Of a stretch of DNA of 64,000 bases, positions 1 through 12,757 are shown one piece after another. Origin of the DNA: Octopus bimaculoides. Its lineage: Eukaryota. The notes below the pieces were generated by a model, which worked only from the letters and a program-made list of their open reading frames with translations, did not search any database and was not told the DNA's origin. Both the position numbers and the translations under genes were made by a program. Location of the stretch: assembly GCF_001194135.2 (NCBI RefSeq), contig NC_068984.1:99910023-99974022 (forward strand), in the 5' to 3' direction. Each line of letters starts with the position of its first letter. Positions within the stretch are counted from its first letter, which is position 1.

Positions 1-165
1 CTCCATTCTTACGTTCTGACTTCAAATTCTGTCAAGGTTGGCTTTGACTTTCAGCCTTTCAAGGTCAATAAAATAAGTACTAATTGAACACTGGGGTCAA
101 TGTAATTAACTAGCCTCCTCCCAAAAAATTTGGGGCCTTGAGCCTTTAGTAGAAAGAATTATCAT
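1..165 (+). mobile_element. SINE family A, partial copy cut by the window edge
   Basis: Carries the core ttt(g)cctttca..gtcaataaaataagtac..ctggggtcaatgtaat..ggccttg shared with many copies in the window. Confidence 0.75.
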
Positions 166-384
166 TATTACTAAAGTATGAAGACTGACATAACTCTTTA
201 CTAGGGTAAATACACTATTAAAAGAATGCAATGTGTAATAATGAAAAACATATTGTCTTTGTTTATTACATCTTTCTTCCTCACATTCAAAATAAGACAA
301 GAATAATGAAAAATGAAAAAGACATGGGATGGTCATATTTTGCCACTTAAAAGCACACTCTGTATATTTGATCTTCACTTCAGC

Positions 385-950
385 TTTATTATTATGGGTA
401 TGCATTGTGGTTTGTTGTGATGCCCTTAAGGGTTTTACATAGGATGTGTGCAGTGCCTAGTAGTGCAACATTCTGTATGTTATATATATTTGTAAGTCCT
501 GGTGTTTTTGTTATGTATTTGTCTGAATATTCTTTGATCATACCTAGTGCGCCTATTATGATAGGAATTGTTTCTGGTTTTAGACTCCACATTTGAATTA
601 CCTCTATTTCCAGGTCATTGTATTTTGAAAGTTTCCCCATTTCTTTTAGAGAAACATTGTCATCTGTTGGTATTGATACATCAATTAGAAAGCATGTTTT
701 TCCTTCATGATCTTTGACAACTATATCTGGTCTATTGGCCTTAATTCCTCTACCTGTGTGTAATGGCATATCCCATAGTATGGTTGCTTTCTCATTTTCT
801 GTGACCTTTTCTGGGATGTACCGATACCATCTTTTTCTGTTGTTATTCCATAGTGTTGGCATATCTTCCAGTGTATATAGGTCTCAGCTCCGTCATGTCT
901 GTGAATATATTCCTTCTTAGCCAGGACTGGGCAACCAGAGACAATATGGT
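385..950 (-). mobile_element. 3' fragment of an RLE-type non-LTR retrotransposon (R4/Dong-like): zinc-knuckle remnant plus restriction-like endonuclease
   Basis: Minus strand reads NHIVSGCPVLAKKEYIHRHD..IHWKICQHYG, then after a frameshift WYRYIPEKVTENEKATILWD..ANRPDIVVKD..CFLIDVSIPTDDNV..EMGKLSKY. This is the PD-(D/E)xK RLE signature of R2/R4-group LINEs. A short (TAA)n tail lies near 385-395. 5'-truncated. Confidence 0.85.
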
Positions 951-1132
951 TTATTGCTTCTTATCTATCTCTACATATTTTTTGTTTTAATCAGTTACAA
1001 ACAAGTGGAACTTGATGGCTTTTGTTGAAGAAGCAATGCAGGATGCTCTAATTGAATTTTGGAATTTCTTTAACTTTTTATTTATTACTACTACCACTAC
1101 TGCTGCTGCTGCTGCTACTACTACTACTACTA

Positions 1133-1530
1133 CAGCAAGCTGGCAGAATTGTTAGCATGCTGGACAAAATACTTAGTGGTGTTTCATCTGTCTTTACATA
1201 TTGAATTCAAAAGCCACCAAGGTCAACTTTGCCTTTCATCCTCTCGGGGTTGATGAAATAAGTGCCAGTCATGCACTGGGGTTGATGTAATCGACTAGCC
1301 CCCTCCCACAAAATTTCAGGCCTTGTGCCTCATGGTTCCATAATAATAATGGTTTCAAATTTTGGCACAAGGCCAGCAATTTCAGGGGTAAACCAATTAC
1401 ATTGACCTCGGTGCTCAAATGGTACTCATTTTCTTGACCCTGAAAGGATGAAAGGCGAAGTTGACCTTGGCAGAAATTGAACTTAGAACACAAAAACAGA
1501 CAGAATGCCGCTAAGCATTTTGCCTGGTGT
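1133..1530. mobile_element. Two SINE family A copies tail-to-tail (+ about 1133-1345; - about 1350-1530)
   Basis: tRNA-like head gcaagctggcagaattgttagcatg, core gcctttcatcctctcggggttgat, tail ggccttgtgcc; followed by the reverse complement of a second copy. Confidence 0.8.
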
Positions 1531-1917
1531 GTTAAATAATGATAATAATAATAATAATAATAATCATCCTTTCTACTATAGACACAAGACCTGAAATTTT
1601 GGGGGAGAGGGCTAGTGGATTACACTGATCCTAGAGCTCAGTTATTGTTGCAATAAAAGGTATGTTTACATATTTGGGTAGTCAGGGATTCATTTCATAC
1701 AAAATTTAATATATTAAAGTTTTAAAGTTTTCTTGAGATGTTCTTTTGTCTATCCAGTTGGAGAATACAGTAGTGTTTTTGCAATGAAAGGGATGTTTAC
1801 ATTTTCAAATACTCAGGGAGAAAGGAAAGGATAGGTATTCACTCGACTAAAGGCGGTGCTCCAGCATGGCCGCAGTCAAATGATTGAAACAAGTAAAAGA
1901 GTAAAAGAGTATTATTG

Positions 1918-2413
1918 AGTGAGAGAGCAGTGCATGCCATCAAAGTGACACTGGGGTAAAATATACGAAGCCCAGTATACACATCATGACTATCCTTCTG
2001 ATAAGGGTACACCAGGCATATGCATCACAACCATATGTGCGCGACATGGTGATCTCATATCAAGATAAACAGCGCATGACCTCGCAGGTGGGGCTCAGTT
2101 AGAATTTTCTTCAGGTTGAGTAGCCCATCCCGCACAAAAGGTTCCTGAATAAAGTTTGTTTAAGGATGTTGAGCAAAATATCCATGTTTCCAAAGGTGAA
2201 TTATCCAAACCCCAAAGAGTTCTTCTCGACACATGACTATGATGCTCCCCCACTACTTCTGCTCGTGATCAGAGATGCACATATCGTCAGCCACCAAGGG
2301 ACATGCTCAACTGGTTATAGTCAAACAACTGACAAGCAAATCTGTGGTATTAAGCAGAATATTTGCTGTAGCCCATCTTTTATACCAAGACAAAACAATG
2401 TACTTGATAACAC

Positions 2414-2415
<2 letters not shown>
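1918..2415. repeat. Unclassified interspersed repeat of about 0.5 kb, copy 1
   Basis: High similarity to the reverse complement of 47955-48380 (e.g. gagagcagtgcatgccatcaaagtgacactggggtaaaa; cagagatgcacatatcgtcagccac). No credible ORF. Confidence 0.85.
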
Positions 2416-2467
<52 letters not shown>

Positions 2468-2679
2468 TCTAGCATAGGCAAATGACCTGAAACTTTTGAA
2501 GAGTATTAGTTAATACCATCAACTCCCACCCCCATACTTGATTGATGCTTATTGTCTCTGAAAAAATGAAAGTTAAAGTTGATTATGTTGGGATCTGAAT
2601 TCAGAGTAACATGAGTCAAAACAAATACCACAAAGTTCTATGTTCAATACTGCAATGTTTCTGTCAGTCCACTGCCTAT

Positions 2680-3555
2680 AATATTGATTTCAAATTTTAG
2701 CACAAGGCCAGCAAGTTCAGGGAAGGGGTAAGTCAATTACATTGGCTCCAATGTTCAACTGGCACTTATTTTACCAACCTGAAAGGATGAAAGGCAATTC
2801 AACCTTGGCAGAATTTGAACTCAGAATGTAAAGATAGACAAAATGCAACTAAGCATTTTACCTGGCAAGATATTGATTCTGCCAGCTCACCGCCTTCTCA
2901 TTGTCAGTGATATTGATTTCTTTTCTCCTCTAGGCACAAGGCCTGAAATTTGGGGGGAGAGGGCCAGTTGATTAGATCGACCCCAGTACACAACTGGCAC
3001 TTAATTTATCGACCCTGAAAGGATGAAAGGCAAAGTTGACCTCGGCAGAATTTGAACTCAAGGTCAACTTTGCCTTTCATCCTTTCGGGGTTGATAGATT
3101 AAATGCCAGTTGTATACTGGGATCGATTTAATTGACTGGCCCCCACCCCAAAAATTTCGGGCCTTGTGCTTAGAGTAGAAAAGGATAATATTGATTTCAA
3201 ATTTTGGCACAAGGCCAGTAATTTTGATGGAGAGGTAAGTCAATTAGATCTACCCCCAATGTTCAACTGATACTTATTTTACTGACCCTGAAAGGATGAA
3301 ATGCAAAGTTGACCTCGGCGGAATTTGAACACATTATATAAAGATGATGAGATTCTGCTAAGGATTTTGCCCAGTGTGCAAATGATTCTGCTAGCTTGCC
3401 ACTTTCCCACAACCAATAATATTGATAACAATGATAATAAAGGCTTGACAGTTCACCGCTTTCTCATTGTCAGTGATATTGATTTCTTTTCTACTCTAGG
3501 CACAAGGCCTGAAATTTGTGGGGAGAGAGCCAGTTGATTAGATCGACCCCAGTCC
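2680..3555. mobile_element. Cluster of five SINE family A fragments, including a foldback palindrome at 2921-3183
   Basis: Repeated ggcacaaggcc..aaaggatgaaaggcaaagttgacct..gaatttgaactca modules on the minus strand, and one plus-strand copy at 3061-3183. Confidence 0.85.
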
Positions 3556-3849
3556 GAAGACAGAAAAATAAAGGAAAGCCTACGTTAGATCCACGCTTTG
3601 CAATGGAGTAATAGCAAAATGATTATTTCTTTCATTGGCCACAAGGGCAATAAGGAGACATATTTGCAATAATAATAAAAATGGTGATGATGATAGAGGC
3701 AATACTAAACATTAACTCATTAGTGTAATCAGTTTGTGTCACATTGTTTATCATATGAAAAGACATTTCTGTGTGTGTGTGTGTGTCTTTGCTGTGTGAG
3801 CAATAGGGAATAGGCATGTCATTATGGCTGTAATATTCAGGATCATGCT

Positions 3850-4490
3850 TTAGAGCATCAGCACCATCATTACCTTTATCAACATTATTATCTTCAACAG
3901 GTCTTTGATCTTCCCTGACCTCAACATTAGCAACAGCAACAATTCATATCGTTGCAATTATCATTATTACCATCATCACCATCATTATCATTATTGTCAT
4001 CTCTTCATCGCCATCCTCACCTTCCTCGTCAACATCTCCACATCATCGTCAGCAGCAATATTGTCAACATTATCATCATAATAGCACCACATCCTCTTTC
4101 TCCTCTTCTGTATCATCACCATCATCATCAACACCGTATCCACATCACTGTCGTCATCATTATCATTTGTACTATCATCGGCATCTTAAACACCACGGTC
4201 TCAAAATTTCTGTCATCGTCATTTCATCAGCATCTTTATCGTTATGGTTTACCGACATTATTATCAGCAGCACAATTGTCATCATTGTTAAATTTGTCAT
4301 GGTAAATATCAGCACTTTCAATGATGTCATCAAGTTTATCAACATTACTATTAGGCTTGTCCCTGTAATCATCATCATCATCATCACCGATGTCATCATC
4401 ACTATGCCATTATCGCCATCTGCATCAACATCACATTTGTTATTGCCATCATCATTATCTTCATCATCATCAATATTCTATGAATAAATG
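3850..4490. repeat. Cryptic (CAT/CAT-like)n trinucleotide low-complexity tract
   Basis: Degenerate catcat/cattat/caccat runs; the ORFs here are His/Ile/Ser-biased artefacts. Confidence 0.8.
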
Positions 4491-4929
4491 ACTTCCTCAA
4501 GTAATTTCGCTGTGATGAGCAATCTTTTAGTTAGTGGTTATCTCATTAGCTAGTTTGTTAAATCCTTAATTAATCTTATCTTTATCATTTGAGTCCAAAC
4601 TTAAAAGCTATACAACATATTAATTAACTTTATAATTGTTTCTCGTTTTCCACCATATCAACTTCATCTCCATCTAATACTCCTTCCCATACCGCCTTTA
4701 TGGATATCCAATACTCTCTTCTATACCACCTTTTCTCTCTAATATCCCTTTCTATGTTGCCTTCTCTCTCCAATACTCCTTCTATAACATTTTCACCTCT
4801 ATTCAACTATCATCTCTATACAATATTTCATCTACACCAACTACATCTCTATGCAATACACCTCCTTCATCTCTGCCTAGTATTTCCCACTAGATCCCCT
4901 TCATCTTCATCTAATACTCTGGCATCTTA

Positions 4930-6560
4930 GTGGAATCTTATTTTCCTCCTCTTTTGAACAGTGATAGCTCTATAAACAGTTCCCCTATGGTGAAAACCTC
5001 CACCTTGCTTCCATTTCTACACTGCAGACCCTTTGCTAACCCCACTAAATCTACTCCACTCCACCAGGTTCTCTATCCCTTGACATACACATGTGCTAAG
5101 TGTGTAATTACCTCCAGTCACTTCAAGCAAACACAGCAACTGTCTGACAATGTTTTCCCATTACACTAAAGCACTCTGCCCCCAAATTTACTTCTATACT
5201 CACCAAGCTTTTAAATCTATTGTTTTCTATTGGGGCAGTCCCCAACATTTCCAAGCATGCTACAGCATCTTCCATTCACCCCTCAAAATGAGGCGACCCC
5301 TCTGACCCAATCAATTCTCATCCTAATGCTCTCACCTATTATATCGCCAAAGTAATAGAGATAGTTATTAGCAATGACATTTAGAAATAACTTGAATCTC
5401 TCTTCCCCTCCCTTCCTTCCTCTTCTCTCTCTTTCTTCATCAAATGGTTTCTACGGAGCCAGAGCCACAAGTAACCTCCTCTTTCATGTCACTCACCAAT
5501 GAGCTTTCAATTTAGAGAAATTTGGTAAAAGCAATGGCATTGCTCAAGTCATCAGCAAAGCCTTCAGCCATGTCTGGCATTTAAATCTCCTACCAAACGT
5601 CTCACCTGTAGGCTCCTCCCATCTCTCATCTCTTGGATTACTCACTTCTTGCTTGATAACACCACGGCAACATATGTTGATGGAACTCTTTCTGCCCCAC
5701 TCTCACTTAGCTATAGTGTTCCCTAGAGTTTGGTTTTGCCCCAACTCTCTCCTTTTTCTATACATCAACACCCAGCATGCTACTAAATCTAATTACACCG
5801 ATTTTTTATGTGGATGGCACAATTCTTTATTCTTCCCTAACTTTCCTCAACTATGCATCATCTACATTCAGCCTTGACACACTAAGCCTTGCATAAAAAG
5901 GGTCCTTGAGGAAATCCTTCAGTGGGGCCTTTCAGCTTTAGTATTTTTTTAGCAAAAATTAAAAAATCTCAAGCACTACCCATTTCAAGAAAATACCAGT
6001 GCATCATACACACATTAAACATGGACTGATCTCAGTTAGAACCTTCACAATCACTGAGAATTTTTCTTGGAGAAAGCACAACTTTAGCACAGCTGGGAGT
6101 GCATCTTCAGAGCCAGAATATATTCCAGGCCACAACAGCTGCTGGAACTTTACAAAGCTCAAATGAGATCCACAATGGTGTACTGCTCCCACATCTGGAA
6201 TGATATTGTTGCTATACACAGATATCTTAGACAGCCTCCAGGGAAAGGCCACTTGACTAAATCAGTTATGAACATGCTCCAGTCTCTGGCCCTCATGTGT
6301 ACTGTCTCCTTTCTGTCTTTTCTATTGCTACTGTAATGGCCTGATTCTTGGAGCTGGCTAATCTTGTTCTCACACCACTTAAGCACTTCCTGCCCACTCA
6401 TTCATGCCCGCTTTGTGCTACCAACTTCCTTAGTGCTACACTAACCTTTATTACCATTATTATTCCTTTCCCCTCAGATCTTTGGCTCACTGAAATCTTC
6501 TTCTTGTTCATGTTTTCCTGCAAAAGTTTAAACAAACCATTAATAGCATCTTCATCACCA
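4930..6560 (+). mobile_element. Degraded Jockey/L2-group LINE ORF2: RT domain through the C-terminus
   Basis: Frameshifted motifs in the expected order: ..GDPSDP, SKAF.HVWH (about 5555-5580), VP.G..L.P..FLYIN (about 5715-5770), YVD, ..RARIYS..QLLELYKAQMRSTMVYCSHIW (about 6100-6200), then a C-terminal region to about 6560. Confidence 0.75.
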
Positions 6561-6599
6561 GTCCTGAAGGGCCTGCAAACCTCATGGGTGATGTTCTTT

Positions 6600-7370
6600 C
6601 TTCCAGATTCAACAAGTACCAAAAAATACATACCACCTTCAAATTTATATCACTTCTGCTCAATCCAATACTCTGTCTGTACCAATATTCAATATTCAGA
6701 ACATGACTTAAATTTGTTGCCATGTACAAATCAGTGCTGCCACCTGTAACGAACTTTATGTAACTAATAGTTATTTCATAAGTCTTAGTTTTTGTTTCTG
6801 TCAAACTCCTTGTCAGTTTTGATCAAGCTACCCTGTGATCAAGTATGCTCCAACCAGAACAATCTTGCCTAAGACTATATTATTTAATGTATCCTTCCTT
6901 TTATTATTATTGTTGTTGGGCAGTGTAGTTCTTAGTTGGCTTTAAAAAACAGATCTATGATCTAATATATTCCAATTATAGCCATCCCTCATTATTTTCC
7001 CTGCCAACACTCCATTCCTGTATATTGATAGATTTGTATATGTTTTCCCAATAGATGTTCAATTTGAAACATTGATGCACCAACCTTATCAGGAAGGGCT
7101 TGATGGGCACTGTACCTCCTTTTAATATGCTTTGAAAGAAATTTACTGGCAACAACAATGGATAAACAGAATCAATCAGCTTGTAGTCTATGAACATTAT
7201 TCTGACAAATCCATCAGCTATCTTATTTATTACTTTACCAAATCCTTAACTTATAAGAATGATAATCAATAAGCTGCTTTCTACTCAATCTTCCAGACTG
7301 TTCAGTTTCCAGCCGTTAAGATTTTTGCAGAGACAACAGAAGCTTCCAACCATTATGTATGGAAATTTCT
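6600..7370 (-). mobile_element. Heavily degraded RTE-like RT fragment
   Basis: Minus strand gives KILTA.., FIDYKLIDSV (FIDYKKAFDSV-like), a GV.QG..-like motif at about 7000, and an F.YLG-like motif at about 6620. Confidence 0.45.
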
Positions 7371-8699
7371 TCAGATTTAACAAAAATTCTATAAATGAAT
7401 GAATGAATGAATAAAGAAAGAAAGAAGGAAAGAGAGAGAGAAAGAAAGAAAAGATGCAAACTCAAAGTATTGATTGATTAAATGTGAGTTTAGATTTAGG
7501 GTTTTCGGTTTAAAACTGCATGCTTATGGCAAGTATTCAGCCATAATATAGCACAGAATCATGTCTGGTCTTGGTCATTCTTTGCAATAGTCAGGAAGAA
7601 GATAGAAAATTTATTTCCATGAACTTCACAGAAACTTAAGTTACCAAACAATATACTGTGATAAATAGATATATATTGATGCAAAAGAAATGGCTATCTG
7701 TCATCCTTACTTTTTTCTACAAGTTTCTTTTGGAAAGTTTTCTGCCAGCAGGGTATGGTAATATCTTAATGAATACATTTTATTTTCCATTTTTAAATTT
7801 CCAATCTTCCTCAACATTTATATTGCACTGCAGACAATTCAAATGAACTCAACTGTTTTCAGATTCTCTTTGTCTATGTTTTATATAAAACAATGTTTCA
7901 GTTAGACTAAAACATCTTTCTTTAATTCTTTGAGTGTTCAGTGTCCATAGGGCAGTACTCTCTCAATTGTTTTAATCAATTATTACTCAGCTATTCATTT
8001 TACAAAGCTCTGTTTATCAAAAGATTGAATTTACTTTAAATGTCTTTTTAGGGAAGTTACTTCCCCTTTGGGAGTATATTCCTCAGTGTGTTTACACCAA
8101 ATTACACTAATAGTATACACAGACTCACACAGAAACTCATGCAAACACACACATATATAAATACACCAACGGCAATGAATGAAAGTAAAAGTACTCAATA
8201 CTGGATGAGTGCAGATAAAATTATTTTATTTGGTTAGTTAAAATCCAATCTGGATGAAATTCTGCGATTAACCAAGTATGAATGCTTTTGTACCATGTTT
8301 GAGTAACAGGTCAATCATTTCAAAGGCATGTGATGAACATAATATGATTTTATGACTGGTTTGTGCAAACCTCACATTAGTGATATTCTCATGTAGGTTA
8401 AAATATAAAATAATAAAATTGAATTAAAAATATGACACATGATTAAAGGGAGATAACTTGCTTGTGGTTACTGAGTTTGCAGGTGCATTACATTCCCTAC
8501 TGTTCTTTCATTTTTGCATTTTCTTCTGTTCATATCAATGACTTCTGCCTCACTCATTATATGTGTGGGTGAAGTGATTCATGCCTAGAGAAGTGATGGG
8601 TTTGCTCATTTATAAGTGGATAATAGTGGGCAATAGACAGGCAGAGAACAGAATTGATAAATATTAATAATAAAAATATAATAATAATAATAATAATAA

Positions 8700-8920
8700 T
8701 GATTTCAAATTTTGGCACAAAGCCAGCAAGTTTGAGGGAGGGGATAAGTCAATTAGATTGACCCAGTGCTCAAACGGTACTCATTTTATCAACTCCGAAA
8801 GCATGTAAAGCAAAGTCGACCTCAGCAGAATTTGAACTCAGAACATAAAGACGGACAAAATGCCATTAAGCATTTTGCCCAGCGTGCTCGCAATTCTACC
8901 ACCATGCCACTTTGATGATG

Positions 8921-8951
<31 letters not shown>

Positions 8952-9150
8952 TAATAATCCTTTCTACTAAAAGCACAAGGCCTGAAATTTGGGCAGAAGG
9001 GACTAGTCAATTACATCAACCCCAGTGCTCAACTGGTACTTATTTTGTTGACCCAAAAAGATGAAAGGCATCTGAACTCAAAACGTTAAATGAGATGAAA
9101 TGCTGCTAAATATTTTGCATGGCACAGGAATGGTTCTGCTGGTTCACCGT
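8700..9150 (-). mobile_element. Two tandem SINE family A copies
   Basis: Two ggcacaa..atgaaagg..tgaactca..aagcattttgccc modules preceded by (AAT)n tails. Confidence 0.8.
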
Positions 9151-9155
9151 CTTAA

Positions 9156-9374
9156 CCCTTTGGCATTTAAACTAGTCATATTTGGCCCAAGTATTCTACC
9201 TGTTTTATGTTCACATGGCCAGATTTAGCATCTCACACCTTCTCTGCAATGTCATTCTGAAAATAAACAATCATATCTTCAAAATCTCTAAACTATGAGA
9301 TAATACATGATTAATTATAAAAAAATTGAAGGAATAAGCATTACATTTGACAGAGAAAGCTGAATGTTAAAGGG
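9156..9374. mobile_element. TTAA-flanked piggyBac-type MITE, about 220 bp
   Basis: ttaa|cccttTggcattt ... aatgttaaaggg|gtaa. Homologous copies at about 34340-34577, 35709-36278 and 39607-39828. Confidence 0.7.
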
Positions 9375-9594
9375 GTAATAATAGTAATAATGATAGATAG
9401 GTGTCCCACTCATGCTAGCATGGAAGGTGGACATTCAATGATGATGATGATGATCCATCCATTCCATGCCTGCATGGAAAGTTAATGTAAAATGATGACA
9501 ATGGTGATGATGATTATGTGAATTAATTGTCGATGAATGATGAATGGGTTGATAGAGGAATGGTTTGGTAGGTAGAACAATGGCTCAGTAAATA

Positions 9595-9955
9595 GGCATG
9601 GGCATGGCTTTGTGGTAAAAAGCTTGCTTCCCAACCACATGGTTCTGGGTTCAGTCCCACTGTGTACCACCTCGGGCAAGTAACTTCTACTAAAGCCTCA
9701 GGCCGATCAAAGCCTTGTGAGTGTATTTGGTAGGGCAGAAACTGAAAGAAGCCCATTGTGTGTGTGTGTGTGTTTGTCTACCACCACTGCTTGACAACTA
9801 GTGTTGGTGTGTTTATGTCTTTGTAATTTAGCAGTTTGGCAAAAGAGACTGATAGAATAAGTACTAGGCTTTAAAAAAAATTAGGTCAATTTGTTCAATA
9901 GTGCCCCAGCATGACCACAGTCAAATGACTGAAACATGTAAAATATAAAAGATAA
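9595..9955 (+). mobile_element. SINE family B (tRNA head, CORE-like cctcgggcaagt, internal microsatellite, tail ..cagcatgaccacagtcaaatgactgaaac..)
   Basis: Colinear with the better-preserved copy at 25044-25477. Confidence 0.85.
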
Positions 9956-9959
9956 ATAG

Positions 9960-10310
9960 GCAAATGGTCAAATAGATAAATTTGAGGCTTTAGTTGTTGA
10001 ATAGTTGGGTTAGGTAGGGCTATAGTTGTATGGATAGGGCAATGTTAAGTAAAGAGGGCAATGGTTAGGTGGGTAGATATGGCTATAGTCGAATACAAAA
10101 GGTGGTGGTTGTATCAATAAGTCATTTGGTAGGCCAGGCAGTGGGGTCTGATAGATAAGACTGTGGTTGGATTGGTAGACCAATGTGGTTGAACTGGATA
10201 GACAGGACACTAGTTGTTTAGGTAGGACAATGGTTGGGTTAAGAGGGTAACAATTGGGTAGATAAAACAATAGTTGAGTAAGTCTGGCAATGGGGCTGGC
10301 TAAGTACAGC
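9960..10310. repeat. Degenerate minisatellite with a unit of about 20 bp (ggtaggtagggcaatggttg-like)
   Basis: Recurrent ..ggcaatggttg / ..actagttg / ..acaatagttg units. Confidence 0.6.
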
Positions 10311-10312
10311 AA

Positions 10313-10497
10313 TGGGGGACAGACACAAACACATACACATTCACACAATGGGCTTATTTCAGTTTCCATCTAACAAATCTACTCACAAGGCTTTGGTCGG
10401 TCTAAGGCTATAGCAAAAGATACTTGCCCAAGATGCCACACAGTAAGACTGAACTTGAAAGCATGTGGTTGGGAAGTAAACTTCTTACCACACAGCC

Positions 10498-10500
<3 letters not shown>
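10313..10500 (-). mobile_element. SINE family B, 5' module
   Basis: Reverse complement of the family B head (..cttgcccaagatgccacacagtaagactgaac..cttcttaccacacagcc). Confidence 0.8.
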
Positions 10501-10543
<43 letters not shown>

Positions 10544-11442
10544 NNNNNNNNNNTATATATATATAAATGGAACAAAAACACAATAGAGGGCATTAAAACG
10601 CTCAGACAGACAGACGACACAAAAGTGGACAAGAGAAACAACAATTAGAAGGACAGGCAAAAAAGATGGGGGTCATTCTTGGCCTTTTTTCCTCATTCAA
10701 ATTCCAGAAGTCACGCGACCGTTTTGGACAGTTACACTTGAGATGGTTCGATCTGGTTGTCGCCAAAAAAGCCTAAACTAAGAGCATTAGACCCCTTTGT
10801 AAGAAAGCTAGTGAATGTGTATGGCAACAAAGACAAAAAAAAGCAAGCAAAAACGGAGAACAACAAACAACAAGAAATAACAACAGGCGTCTTTCGACTG
10901 AGAATGATTCAAATTGAGCTGGCGTAATCATCATCATTATCATTTTATGGTTACTTTTGATGCTAATATGTGTTGGATAGATCATCATAATCAGAGCCAC
11001 TCTCTCATAGACTGGTTGGCAAACATCTTATTTTAGAATGGTATTTAAGTCTGCATGCCCATCCTAACACTGACCATTCTACAGAGTGTACTGCAAGCAT
11101 TTTGTCATGCCATAAACACAAGAAAGGTTGTCAAATCTTCTGTGGGATAGGACTACAGAGGCCTCTTAGTCTTATTTTATCTCTGCTTGAACACATATGC
11201 CCTCTTGTGTGTGTATGTATATTTATATAAGCATGTGTGTGTGTAATTAGATCAATATTTGTGTTTGCAAAGTAGATAGAAACACTTTCATTGCAAGAAA
11301 GAAAGTTTATTGTCTTTATTTCAAAGTTGAAATCTCACAAATTACTACAACTGGTTTTATGTTTCTCTTCCCCAGGAAAAAATAATGGAAGCATGAAACT
11401 AGCAGTTGTAATTGGTGAAATGTTAGCTTTGGAATGCGTGCG

Positions 11443-11475
<33 letters not shown>

Positions 11476-11812
11476 TGATCTTAGAAGGGCTAGAACAGGT
11501 TTTAATAAATACTATTTTGCTGCTGCTGATGATGATGATGCTGTCACCACCATCAGTGTTTTTCCTATCCCCAGGCATCACTGATTTCACAGATCACAGT
11601 CTCATCTTTTTAGGTCAAAACTCAAGAGTAATAGGAAATGTTGGTTGGAAATGCTCAGGGCAATATGCGATGACATATGTGTATGTAGTTTTGTATTTAC
11701 TTATATGGGCAACTGTGTGAGGAAGTGCAAGTATGTGTACATGTGTGCATAGTTATTTCTGTGTATTATATGTATGTGTGTTTGTATAAATGTGTGTGTG
11801 TATATATATACA

Positions 11813-12581
11813 TCAGGCTGAGTAGAAAGTAAGCAACGTTTTGAAACATGAAATTCATCAGAATATATTTCAACAATGCAGAAATTTTATTCATCAAAGT
11901 AAGTATCATTACAATCAACACATTTTTGCCAATGAGTTACAAGTTTGTTTATTCTGTTAACATAGAAATCTGGAGTTCTGGAGCTGATGAACTCTTTGAA
12001 TGCACTTTCAACATCTACGCATTTTCTGATTTTCATTCAAATTGTGTGGTACTCATTTGATGAGCTTTTTGGATTTACCAATCACATGCAAATGATTGCA
12101 GGCAGTTTTGTGGCTAACTTGAAGTTCTTTTGCCAGTTCTTGAGTGGTTTTATGTGGATCTTTCTCAATAACGGTCTTTTATTGACCATCATCAATGACA
12201 GATGGGTGTCCACTATGCCCATGATCTTCAAGGCTCAGGTTTCCACTGCAAAATCATTTAAAATCATTTTCGAGCTGACCACTTACTGGTCATTTCCTCA
12301 CCAAACATTTCATTGATATTGCAAGCAGTTTCAGCTGCTTTACATCTTTTCTTGAAGTTGAATAGCAAAATTGCTTAGATATCACACTTTGACATTTCCA
12401 TTTCAGATGATTGTAACAATGGTGAAAAAAATATCAATGTTAATTTATTGATGCATTTGGTCAAGTCTATGTCTATTATCAGACAATTGCTAAAAAAATG
12501 TTTCAAAAAATTTCAAAACTGCAAAAATCCAATACAAATTCTTCATGGTTCAAAATATTACTTATTTTCTACTCAACGTGG
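11813..12581 (-). mobile_element. Internally deleted mariner element with both TIRs
   Basis: Left caggctgagtagaaagtaagcaacgttttgaa matches the reverse complement of right ttcaaaatattacttattttctactcaacgtg; TA flanks. Minus strand encodes a mariner N-terminus (KAAETACNIN..GEE..LEDHGHSGHPS..KTTQELAKEL..VPHNL) joined directly to the C-terminus (..DFYVNRINKLVTHWQKCVDCNDTYFD). The DDD core is absent. Confidence 0.85.
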
Positions 12582-12757
12582 TATATATATATATTTATAT
12601 GTGTGTGTGTGTGCGTGTGCATATATATATGNNNNNNNNNNNNNNNNNNNNNNNNNNNNNNNNNNNNNNNNNNNNNNNNNNNNNNNNNNNNNNNNNNNNN
12701 NNNNNNNNNNNNNNNNNNNNNNNNNNNNNNNNNATATATATATATATATATATATAC

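Noticed and set aside
994-1060. Acceptor ttttgttttaatcag followed by the frame YKQVELDGFVEEAMQDALIEFW
   Set aside because: There is no credible donor before the sequence runs into T-rich and SINE sequence, and no partner exon; unsupported.
3952-4487. His/Ile/Ser-rich ORFs (also at 15.5, 23.5, 42.9 and 48.7 kb)
   Set aside because: They are translations of cryptic (CAT)n/(GAT)n tracts with no splice or compositional support.
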